Assembly: GCA_964411925.1 (NCBI GenBank)
Contig: CAYPNI010000005.1
Span: forward strand, 1-62,802
Reading direction: 5' to 3'
Length of the DNA stretch: 62,802 bases
Source of the DNA: an uncultured Nitrospirales bacterium
Lineage (GTDB): Bacteria; Hydrogenedentota; Hydrogenedentia; Hydrogenedentales; GCA-2746185
Under the pieces are notes generated by a model that worked only from the letters and a program-made list of their open reading frames with translations, did not search any database and was not told the origin of the DNA. Below are positions 25,563-33,826 of the stretch, piece after piece (position 1 is the stretch's first letter; each line of letters opens with the position of its first letter). A program made the position numbers and the translations under genes.

Positions 25563-26082
25563 CCACGACGAATACAGCGATTCAATCGGCGACACCGGCG
25601 AGGCAACGTCACCTGAATGGGCGTCCGTCCTCGACGCGGTTCGCGCCGAGAGACTCTCGCTCGAAGCCATGAACGCGCGCGTCGTCCAGCGTGTCATGTC
25701 GAATCTTCAGTTCGTAGACGCCCCGCATCCGACGGCCGCGTCCCCTCGATCGCGCGCTGCCGTCTGGCGATACGCCGGCGCGTTTTCGGCCGCGTGCGGA
25801 GTCGTTCTCGCCGCCGGGCTCATTGCGTCCCGTTCGCCCGAACCGAGCGGGGGTGAAGTACCGCTCGTCATTGAATCCGCCAAGGTCCGGGTTCCACAAG
25901 ATCCGGGCGTCATCCAGCTCAAACCTGCGCCCGACACACAGTCGCTCCAGCAGGCGCTTGAAGCGCTTCCGGACGGCAGCCGCGTAGACCTCCAAGCGGT
26001 CGAGTTGCGCGGTGGCTTCGTCTTCAGGAAGCCGATGACGATCGTCAGTCAAAACGGTACAACCGTCATAGGCCGTAGTTAG
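25555..26082 (+). CDS. Putative single-pass anti-sigma factor ending in a beta-helix N-cap-like segment
   Basis: Overlaps the sigma gene stop; central TM (AGAFSAACGVVLAAGLIA); C-terminal SLQQALEALPDGSRVDL...FRKPMTIVSQNGTTVIG. Confidence 0.6.
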   Translation: MNSHDEYSDSIGDTGEATSPEWASVLDAVRAERLSLEAMNARVVQRVMSNLQFVDAPHPTAASPRSRAAVWRYAGAFSAACGVVLAAGLIASRSPEPSGGEVPLVIESAKVRVPQDPGVIQLKPAPDTQSLQQALEALPDGSRVDLQAVELRGGFVFRKPMTIVSQNGTTVIGRS

Positions 26083-26271
26083 CACCCGCGAAACCTTCCT
26101 CACCCCCGGTTCGTGTTCCTCCCTTGAATCACACCTGATCCGGCCCCCGGTCTGCCAAGCCGCTCCTCGATCCGCGGACCCAGTGCAACAAGCTTGCGGA
26201 GATATATAGGGCGCAAAGTACGCGCACTGGTTCCCGGTAGACCGAGCTCGCGTGAGCAGGAGAGCCTACGA

Positions 26272-26982
26272 ATGACATTGCCCAGCATTCCTTCGGGCAC
26301 GACGAGCCGCGAGTACCTCCGGATCGGTGGTGGATATGGCGTTGGCGCAGTGGGGAGCTCCCCGGCCGGCGGCGCGGACATCGACCGGGCAGGCAACGTC
26401 GCCGCCGATGGCGACCTGACCATCGACGGCATGGTTTCGGCCGGCGCCGGCTTGACGTTTGCCGGCGCCTTCTCGCGCGGTCCGGGCGGGGTGGACAAGA
26501 CCTGGCAGGTCGCGCTGAGCGCGACCGACTTCTGGCCGGACGCGACCCTGGGGCCCACGGGTCCCGTGTTGACCGTGTTTTCCGATAATCGGTTCGAGGC
26601 GCAGGCGCTGACGTATGCCGACGCGACTGCCAACCGTGCGTATGCCGTGCTGTTCCTGCCACCGGACTTCGACGGAAGTCCGCTGCGCTTTTCGGTGTAC
26701 TGGACTTGCACCACCGGCGGCGCGTCCGGGTCCGTCGTGTGGACCATTGGAGGCGTCTCGGCAGGAGACACCGAAGACATTACCGGGGCACCCTCGGTGA
26801 CGTACTACGCGGTCAGCGACGCGCTCACGGCGGTCGGTCGCTTGCAGATTGCAGACATCACCTACAGCGCGCCGGCCGCCAAACCGACACTGTGGTTTCA
26901 GTTGTTGCGGGATGGGCCGCACGCGTCCGACACGCTGAATGCAGCAGCCAAACTAATCGGCGTACGCGTGTCGTACGCGTGA
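26272..26982 (+). CDS. Hypothetical protein resembling phage virion (tail/fibre) beta-sandwich proteins
   Basis: AGGAG RBS; Gly-rich beta N-terminus; C-terminal LFLPPDFDG...FSVYWT...GSVVW...FQLLRDG...DTL.AAAKLIGVRVSY, recalled from uncharacterised phage structural proteins (no search run). Confidence 0.5.
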   Translation: MTLPSIPSGTTSREYLRIGGGYGVGAVGSSPAGGADIDRAGNVAADGDLTIDGMVSAGAGLTFAGAFSRGPGGVDKTWQVALSATDFWPDATLGPTGPVLTVFSDNRFEAQALTYADATANRAYAVLFLPPDFDGSPLRFSVYWTCTTGGASGSVVWTIGGVSAGDTEDITGAPSVTYYAVSDALTAVGRLQIADITYSAPAAKPTLWFQLLRDGPHASDTLNAAAKLIGVRVSYA

Positions 26983-26997
26983 AAAGGGAGAGATGAC

Positions 26998-27204
26998 GTG
27001 GCCAGAGAAGTCGATATTCTGGGATTTTTGAGCGCGCGGCGCGTGCACGATACCGAGGCGTTGCGGTTGCAGCTTCGCGTCAACGACGCCGTGACGGATG
27101 AGGAAAAGTCCGCGCTGCGCGTGCGGCTTGAGGATCACCTGCTCGCGCCGCCCGACCCCGGTGAGTTTGCGAAGGCAGAGGCGCCAGTCGATCAACGCGC
27201 GTGA
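26998..27204 (+). CDS. Small hypothetical protein (68 aa), cotranscribed with the phage-like gene
   Basis: AAAGGGAG RBS, GTG start 15 bp after the upstream stop; charged helical composition. Confidence 0.55.
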   Translation: MAREVDILGFLSARRVHDTEALRLQLRVNDAVTDEEKSALRVRLEDHLLAPPDPGEFAKAEAPVDQRA

Positions 27205-27303
27205 AGAAAGCGCGAATCGACGCCAGTATCGTAGCGCCGCCGTCCCGGCGGCAACCGACGACGTCGCTAACCACATGTGACGACGCCGCAATCGTGAATC
27301 GCA

Positions 27304-30294
27304 CTAGCTGATTCTGCATTCCGGCAACGCCTTGGCGAGTTCGGCGCGGACGTCGTCCCCGATCTGCGGGGGCAGCCAGATGCGCCGCGCATTCCTCAGC
27401 GCAGCGAGTTGCCGTACGCCGGCCGGCGTGATGTTCGTGTCGCGTAAATCAAGCGTGCGAAGCCCATCGAGATGCAGGATGTGAGCGACCTGGCTGTCGC
27501 CGATCGCCGCGGGACGCAGGTGCAGGCTCTGCAAATCGTTCGCGCTGAGCCGGGCAAGCGGCGACAAGTCGTCCTTCCACTCCGGGTAGACCACGAGCAT
27601 GAGCTCGCGGTTCGCCGGAACCTGCACCGCCCCGCGCGCAGGACCGAGCTCGACCCAGTTCCAGATGGGCAGGTCCCATGCCCGCACCATCAGCAGGCCC
27701 ATGGCGCGGTCCGGGAACTGCACGCTGCGCGCGCCGGGCGAAGCCGTGCGGGTCGCAGCAGTGCTCACGGCCGGCGCGGCGTCTATCCGGACGCTGGTGT
27801 TCGGCAGCGCGCGCGCAAGACGCGCCCGGGCGTCCCCGTCGAGTTGCGCTGGGAGAACGATATCGCGCAGGGACCGCAGGCGCATGAGCGTACGTATCGA
27901 AGTCGCCGAAATCGGCACGCGACGAAGATCCAGCGTGCGGAGTCCGGCGAGTCCGCCCAGATTCTCAAGTTGAACGTCGGTGACGGGAGATCCCGCGAGC
28001 GTCACCGACTGTAGATCGGCCGGATCGAGTGCTCGAAATGCCGACAGATCGTTCGCGGCCGCCGGATCGAGTTGGAGGTAAAGTTCTTTGGCGGCTTCGA
28101 TTGACACCGCGCCTCTCGCCGGTCCGAGATCGACCCAGTCCCACTGTTTGCTGTCCCAGTCCCGCACGAGGAGCTTGCCGAGCGACCGTCCCTCCGGAAA
28201 TTGAACGACGCGCGGACCCGGCGGCGAAGCAGCAGCGGGTTCGGCTGCAGCCGGCTGTTCGTCGTCCGGCAGGCGGAAGCCAAGCCGGTCATGAAGAATG
28301 CGCGCGATCTCGCCCGACATGCGCGTGATGTCGAATCCCTTCGCGGAGCGCGCCCGCGCGTTGTCGCCGAGCCGCTTGCGCAACGCGTCATCGTGCACGA
28401 GCCGGTTTACCGCCTGTGCGAATGCGCCCGCGTTCATCTCCTCCACGACGACGCCGCAATCGTCGCCGATGAACTCGTGCGCGCCCCCCGCGTCACGAAA
28501 CGCGATGACCGGACTGCCCAGGTACGCAGTTTCCATAACGACGAGAGGGAACGGGTCGTCGCGCGAGGTCATAGCCTCGATGTCGAACGCCGCGAGAAAC
28601 GGGAACGGATTGTCCTGCGGGCCCGGCGCGTGCACGCGATCGGCGATGCCTCGCCGGGCGGCTTCCTTGAGCAGGTCCTGGTGATTGGGACCATGTCCAA
28701 TCCACGCGAAGTGCACCGGGCGGGCCTTGTCTTCCGTCGCAAGAACCTGTTGCGCCATTTCAATGAACACGTCCCAGCCCTTGCGCTCATCGATTCGTCC
28801 GCAATTGCCCACGAGAATCGCGTGTTCGGGTACGCCCAACTGCTTGCGTGCCTCCGCGGCCGAGTTGTCGGAGACGCTGCGCCGCAATCGATCGAAATCG
28901 ATCGCGCCGTAGACCACTTCGACACGGTCGTCGGGGATTCCATGGTTCTTCACGAGGTTTTTCTTGACCGCCCCGGAACACGCGATGTGCAGAAACGACC
29001 TTTCGACGAGCGTCTTCCGCGCCGCGTCGTCGAGCATCGAGAGAAACCACTGCAATTCGTGGACGTGGACGACCACAGGCGCCTTGGACTTCAGGAACTC
29101 GATTACGTCGGCGTTCGACGTCGTGTTCGAATACACCACGTCCGGCGCCCATTCGGCGACGGCCCTGCGAATGGCGTCCTGGTGCGCGCCGGCGCGCTTG
29201 TTCTTCGGGTCCGGCCAAAACACGTCCGTCGGCGCGACGGCCTGGAAATCCGGCAGCATCGTGCCGTTCGGCTCGCGCACGATCACGCGGCAATTCCATC
29301 CGTAACGGTGCACGAACTCCTGAACGAGGCTCAGGAGCAGCACTTGCGCGCCCAGCCGGCCCACGTCGTGCGAGATGATGAGAATGCGCGGCGCGCCGTC
29401 GGCGGGGGCCGCCGGTGCATTCCCAAACAGGCCGGCGAAGTCGCACCGTTCGAACACGTCGAGCTTGCTGTTGATGCCCGCGTTGAAGATCCTTCGCCCG
29501 CGCGATTCGTACACCTGTCGCGCTTTCGCGTATCCCTCTTCCATGTAATCGACGACCGGCACGCCAATGACGTCGCCCACTCTGTAGTAGTCGTCTTTCA
29601 TGTGCAGGCCGCGAACAAGGTGGATGTTGTCTTCGGTGATGGTGATCTTGCACGGCGGAAACAGCCGTGGGAGTTCGCCGTAGTTGTGATCGATCCCGAT
29701 GACATACACGGGATCGCATCCGAGGTGAAACGCTAGCTGCAACCCGATGTAGGTCACCGTGCTCGCGAGATGCACCTGGTGCGGGAAATCCTCGGAGAAC
29801 TGCGGAAAGAGCGTTTGCAGGAACTGTGCGTCCAAGTTCCGCACGTTCATGAAGCAGGTTTCGTCGTCCGCGGGAAACGCGTACGCGTTGTGCAGGCCGC
29901 TGAGCTTTGTCGTTCCGTGAACCGTCGGAATGTCGTGCCGGCGCAGCTCCGTTTGCTCGATGTCTTCGAACAGCAGATACGAGACCTTCCAGCCCCACTC
30001 ATCAAAGTTGGTGTAGATGCCGTTGCAGCCGATCGTGATCTCGTCCTTCAACACGGAGAGATCCATCTGCTTGAGGCTCGGGCCGTTTCCCAGGACGAAG
30101 CAACGCCGGCCCTTGTACTTGTTCCGCCAGCTCTCGAGCCGGTCGCGGTAGCCCGGCACTCGGCGGACAATCGGCCGTAATCCGCGCCGCCCGAGCGCGA
30201 GCCGTGTGTGAAACCGGTAGCGGGCGAGAAGCAGGCGCAGATACCCCAGCGGGCGCTCGCTGCGCGGAAACGACTCAGTCCAGACGATGGGCAT
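27304..30294 (-). CDS. Multidomain glycosyltransferase: DUF115/Maf-like (MptE-like) + GT4 + two tandem LRR-containing modules
   Basis: RCFVLGNGPSL...IGCNGIY and VYVIGIDHNY (DUF115); HVHEL, GRIDERKG, TSRDDPFPLVVMETAYLGSPVIAF (GT4); duplicated C-terminal module with LRTLDLR LRR motifs. GAGG RBS before ATG 30294. Confidence 0.8.
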   Translation of the reverse strand: MPIVWTESFPRSERPLGYLRLLLARYRFHTRLALGRRGLRPIVRRVPGYRDRLESWRNKYKGRRCFVLGNGPSLKQMDLSVLKDEITIGCNGIYTNFDEWGWKVSYLLFEDIEQTELRRHDIPTVHGTTKLSGLHNAYAFPADDETCFMNVRNLDAQFLQTLFPQFSEDFPHQVHLASTVTYIGLQLAFHLGCDPVYVIGIDHNYGELPRLFPPCKITITEDNIHLVRGLHMKDDYYRVGDVIGVPVVDYMEEGYAKARQVYESRGRRIFNAGINSKLDVFERCDFAGLFGNAPAAPADGAPRILIISHDVGRLGAQVLLLSLVQEFVHRYGWNCRVIVREPNGTMLPDFQAVAPTDVFWPDPKNKRAGAHQDAIRRAVAEWAPDVVYSNTTSNADVIEFLKSKAPVVVHVHELQWFLSMLDDAARKTLVERSFLHIACSGAVKKNLVKNHGIPDDRVEVVYGAIDFDRLRRSVSDNSAAEARKQLGVPEHAILVGNCGRIDERKGWDVFIEMAQQVLATEDKARPVHFAWIGHGPNHQDLLKEAARRGIADRVHAPGPQDNPFPFLAAFDIEAMTSRDDPFPLVVMETAYLGSPVIAFRDAGGAHEFIGDDCGVVVEEMNAGAFAQAVNRLVHDDALRKRLGDNARARSAKGFDITRMSGEIARILHDRLGFRLPDDEQPAAAEPAAASPPGPRVVQFPEGRSLGKLLVRDWDSKQWDWVDLGPARGAVSIEAAKELYLQLDPAAANDLSAFRALDPADLQSVTLAGSPVTDVQLENLGGLAGLRTLDLRRVPISATSIRTLMRLRSLRDIVLPAQLDGDARARLARALPNTSVRIDAAPAVSTAATRTASPGARSVQFPDRAMGLLMVRAWDLPIWNWVELGPARGAVQVPANRELMLVVYPEWKDDLSPLARLSANDLQSLHLRPAAIGDSQVAHILHLDGLRTLDLRDTNITPAGVRQLAALRNARRIWLPPQIGDDVRAELAKALPECRIS

Positions 30295-30366
30295 GCCCGA
30301 CCTCAGCGACGTCCAGGGCCACGGCAACTCTGGCGCGGGCCCTCGGCCGTTCTCGCCGGGAAACCG

Positions 30367-32490
30367 TCAATTCGCGGACTCCCAGTTCCGGTTTCGTCCC
30401 CAGATGATGAGGCTGTACGGATCCTGCACGTGCGTGATCGGCCGCGGCCCCGCCGATTCGCCGAAATTGAACGCCTTCTGCAGGTGGTAGTCGAAACCGG
30501 CACCCTCGAGGATTCCCAGAATTTTTACGAGCCGTCCTTCTTCCATGCCCGCGCCATGGTGATACTCGATGAACAGGCTGCGTACGCGCTTGAGTTGGTT
30601 TCGGCTCTCCTCGAGCACCGCGTCTTCCGCGCCCTCGATGTCGAGCTTGAGGAAGTCCACGGGCCGATCGAGATAGTTGCTGAGTGTCCTCTTCTCGACT
30701 TTGATCTCGCTCAGCGTGTCGCCCATCTCGTGCCGGCGCTTGGTCAGCGTGTTCGCAAGCGGATACTCTTCGGAAACGTAAAACACGGCCTCGCCCTCGT
30801 CACCGGACAGTGCGTAAGGCAGCACTTCGACATCGGCGAATTCGTTGCGTTTCGCGTTTTCCTCGGACAATTTGCGCAGCGCGGGTACCGGCTCGAACGC
30901 CGTGATCCGGGCGCCGGGATAGAGCGTCTTGAAGTAGTAGATCGCCATGCCGAAATTCGCACCGCAATCGAGCACGTACGGCGACTCGGAGTCGCTCTCG
31001 AAGTAGTACTCCTCGTTCAAGAGGATCTCGTGGATGAGCGTCCAGAGCGAGAAATCGTCCGTGTACCGCATTTCGCCGTGGGCGAGCATCGCGACCTTGT
31101 CCTTAGCGATGACGCGCAACAGGGCTTCGCGCACGTCTCTCGGGCGATTGAGCTTCCACGCGGTCTCTTCCAGGAGTTCTGCGAATTGGGGGCGGTTCGT
31201 GTTCACCACCGGCGCGATTCGTTGCCACGTGTCGCGAAACGCCTGGATCGCGCGTACGCGGTCGCTGTCCGGGGAGTCCGCGAGCAGCCGTTTGGTCGTG
31301 CCTCGTCCGCGGAGAAAACCGTGCACGAAACGGTCGCTCGCCTGCGCGAGCGCGATGAAATCCGGCTGGGCGGACAGCGCCTCGATCGCGACGCCGTGGT
31401 TGGCGATGTTGAGCAGCATCCGCGGCGACCGCCGAAACGCGTCCCGGATGTCGGAGTTCGACGCCCAGCGCTCGAACAACGAATCGTTATGGGCGGTGTG
31501 CTGGATGACGCTCTCCAGAGAATTGAGACGTCGAAGCACGTCCGGCGTGCGTGCGATCGTCTCGATCGTGCGCCCGTGGCTGAGGATTCTTCCGAGGATG
31601 ACTTGATCGGCGAGCGTCTTCTCGAAGACGCGCTCGTGCCCGAGCAGTTTCGTCAGCAGTGTGTCATCGGCCAGCAGCGTCTGAAACGCGCGCCCGTGCG
31701 ACAACACACGCACCAGCGTCGGTGCGTCGCTCATGAGCTTGTCAAACACACGCTGGTTGCCCAGAGTCTTTGTCAGCAGCGTATCGTCCGTGGTCAGTTT
31801 CTGAAACGCCGCTTCCGCCGAAAGCAGACGCAGGAGGAACTCGCCGTTGCGCAGAATCGCGTCGAACGTCTCCTTCTTGCCCAAGAGTGCTGCGAGTTGT
31901 TGGTGATCGCCGATCAGCCGGTTGAGCACCTCGGGATGGGAGACGACACGCTCCAGCAGCCGATCGTCCGCGAGCAGCCGATCGATGGCGAGTTCGTGGC
32001 CGAGTACGCGATTGAGAAACTCGTCGTCGCCGAGCAGGTCTTCGAGCAACCGCTCGTTCTGAAGGAACAGCCGCTTTACCAGGCCCGGAGTCGCGATGTG
32101 ATCGAGGAAGTCCCGGTCTGCGGTCAGTCCCCGCCAAACGCCGCGGTTGTTCTTCACTGAATCGATCACGGCCGGGTGGCTCTCGGCCTGCTTGAGCGCG
32201 GAATGGTTGCCGAGGGCGTAGCTCACGAATTCCTTACGAAGCAGGATCGTGTCGGCGAATTGCGGATCGCCCAGAAGCCGCTGTAGGAGCGAATCGTCCG
32301 TCAGCATGGCGCGAAACGTAAGAAACACGGCCTCATTCTGCCGCAGGCGCATCGGCAGAAGTTCACTCTCGAGGATGCGGATCAGGATGTGCTCGTCGCA
32401 GCCGATGCGGACCGCGGCGCGCGACAGGAACCCGTTGGACGCGATGGCGCGCCCGAGCCGTTCGCGCGTTTTTCGGAGTGGATGTGCCAT
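30367..32490 (-). CDS. FkbM-family methyltransferase with long N-terminal 10-aa helical repeat array
   Basis: C-terminal VLDCGANFG, AFEP, LPYAL, VDFLKLDIEGAE; N-terminal units such as LLGDDEFLNR/VLGHELAIDR/LLADDRLLER. ATG 32490 follows the wzt stop. Confidence 0.85.
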   Translation of the reverse strand: MAHPLRKTRERLGRAIASNGFLSRAAVRIGCDEHILIRILESELLPMRLRQNEAVFLTFRAMLTDDSLLQRLLGDPQFADTILLRKEFVSYALGNHSALKQAESHPAVIDSVKNNRGVWRGLTADRDFLDHIATPGLVKRLFLQNERLLEDLLGDDEFLNRVLGHELAIDRLLADDRLLERVVSHPEVLNRLIGDHQQLAALLGKKETFDAILRNGEFLLRLLSAEAAFQKLTTDDTLLTKTLGNQRVFDKLMSDAPTLVRVLSHGRAFQTLLADDTLLTKLLGHERVFEKTLADQVILGRILSHGRTIETIARTPDVLRRLNSLESVIQHTAHNDSLFERWASNSDIRDAFRRSPRMLLNIANHGVAIEALSAQPDFIALAQASDRFVHGFLRGRGTTKRLLADSPDSDRVRAIQAFRDTWQRIAPVVNTNRPQFAELLEETAWKLNRPRDVREALLRVIAKDKVAMLAHGEMRYTDDFSLWTLIHEILLNEEYYFESDSESPYVLDCGANFGMAIYYFKTLYPGARITAFEPVPALRKLSEENAKRNEFADVEVLPYALSGDEGEAVFYVSEEYPLANTLTKRRHEMGDTLSEIKVEKRTLSNYLDRPVDFLKLDIEGAEDAVLEESRNQLKRVRSLFIEYHHGAGMEEGRLVKILGILEGAGFDYHLQKAFNFGESAGPRPITHVQDPYSLIIWGRNRNWESAN
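31276..32307 (-). repeat. About 34 tandem 10-aa (30-nt) coding repeats with 20- and 40-aa super-periods
   Basis: Consensus h-h-small-(D/H/N)-x-x-h-h-x-(R/K). A 120-nt DNA echo is visible: 31651-31690 vs 31771-31810 (GTCAGCAG...TC...CTGAAACGC). Confidence 0.85.
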
Positions 32491-32516
32491 ATCGAGTGAA
32501 ATTATTCCTGCGAGCC

Positions 32517-33818
32517 TTACATGATCAACTGCTTCTGCATGGGCGCCTCGACCGTGTACTCGCAACGCAGGTCGACGAGTTCCCACGTCAGCTTGTTGGG
32601 CGCGGTAACCACGAACTGATGGACGATGCCCCGCCACAAGTAACTCTTCCCTTCGTGGATCGGCATCACTAGAACGTATTCGCCGGGATTCAGATTGAAA
32701 TCCGGAATGCGCACCGTGCACCGCACGGTACCTTCGTGGATGTCCTTGAGCAGGTCGCCGTTCAGCGTCGATACGGCCGCGATGCGCAGTCCGTCCTTGC
32801 TGTAGATCACCAGGCTCACGTTCAGATCGGTGACCCGTTTGAGCGGCGTGAACGAGTAGCGCAGCTCCACTTCGTCGTGCACGCGCACCGAGGTCGTCTC
32901 GTTGCCGTCGACCATGAACGAGAACTCGAGATCCGTGACCCGGTCGAAGTCGGTGTACATGACGTCGTAAATCGATTCCGAAGCCGCCAGCGATGCCTTC
33001 TTGCGCATCGCTTCCGTGTTCGATTCCTGCAACACCTTGAGCCGTTTGAGTTGGTCCTCGGAATCTTTATTGAGGTAGTCGAGGTAGTTCTTGACCACGT
33101 CTGCCGCCTTGCCGATCTCGACGCACCGGCCCTTCTCCAACCACAGCGCCCGCTCGCAAATCTGCACGATGTTGGTGTGGTTATGCGAGACCATGACGAA
33201 GGCAACGCCGGCTTGTTTCAGCTCGTGCAGCTTCGCGAAGCATTTGTTCTGGAACGCAAAATCGCCGACGGCGAGTATCTCGTCGATGAGCAGGATGTCC
33301 GGTTTGAGGCTGATCGCCACAGAGAACCCCAGGCGCGCGCTCATGCCGGAGCTGTACGTGCCTACGGGGCTGTCGATGGCGTCCTGCAGCTCGGAGAATT
33401 CGATGATCTCCGCAACGAGATCGTCGATCGCCCCGCGCGTGAGGCCCATCAACGACGCTGAGTTATAGATGTTGTCGCGGCCGGACAACGCCATGTTGAA
33501 CCCCGCGGAGAGGTTGATCAACGCCTGAACCCGCCCGTCCATGATAATCGTGCCACGGTCCGGTTTGAGCAGTCCGTTCATCATCTTGAGCATCGTCGTC
33601 TTGCCCGAACCGTTGCGGCCGATGAGTGCGAACGAGTCGCCCTTCTCCAGGTGAAACGACACGTCATCGACCGCAAAGAACTCGTCCTTGCGCAGATTGC
33701 CACGCGCGACTTTGCCGAAGATTTCGCGGATCAAGTCGGCCGCGCCGTAGTTCAGGTGCGCGTGAGGATTGCGCGAGAAGCGCTTGCTGACGTGTTCGAC
33801 AATGACGACGGGTTTCAT
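32517..33818 (-). CDS. wzt: Polysaccharide export ABC transporter ATP-binding protein with C-terminal Wzt_C-like domain
   Basis: FFAVDDVSF, GRNGSGKTT (Walker A), YSSGMSARLGF (signature), LLIDEILAVGD (Walker B), VSHN; C-terminal beta domain ending in LNPGEY. Confidence 0.93.
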   Translation of the reverse strand: MKPVVIVEHVSKRFSRNPHAHLNYGAADLIREIFGKVARGNLRKDEFFAVDDVSFHLEKGDSFALIGRNGSGKTTMLKMMNGLLKPDRGTIIMDGRVQALINLSAGFNMALSGRDNIYNSASLMGLTRGAIDDLVAEIIEFSELQDAIDSPVGTYSSGMSARLGFSVAISLKPDILLIDEILAVGDFAFQNKCFAKLHELKQAGVAFVMVSHNHTNIVQICERALWLEKGRCVEIGKAADVVKNYLDYLNKDSEDQLKRLKVLQESNTEAMRKKASLAASESIYDVMYTDFDRVTDLEFSFMVDGNETTSVRVHDEVELRYSFTPLKRVTDLNVSLVIYSKDGLRIAAVSTLNGDLLKDIHEGTVRCTVRIPDFNLNPGEYVLVMPIHEGKSYLWRGIVHQFVVTAPNKLTWELVDLRCEYTVEAPMQKQLIM

Positions 33819-33826
33819 CGCGGACG

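Noticed and set aside
23964-27204. Intact prophage or gene transfer agent
   Set aside because: No capsid, portal, terminase, tail tube, lysis or integrase genes; only isolated fibre-like genes.
30208-32160. 650-aa plus-strand ORF antisense to the FkbM repeat gene (and similar long shadows at 28201-29736, 44259-45824 and 46795-48267)
   Set aside because: No recognisable motifs. Stop-poor antisense frames are expected opposite well-supported genes in GC-rich DNA with biased codon usage.
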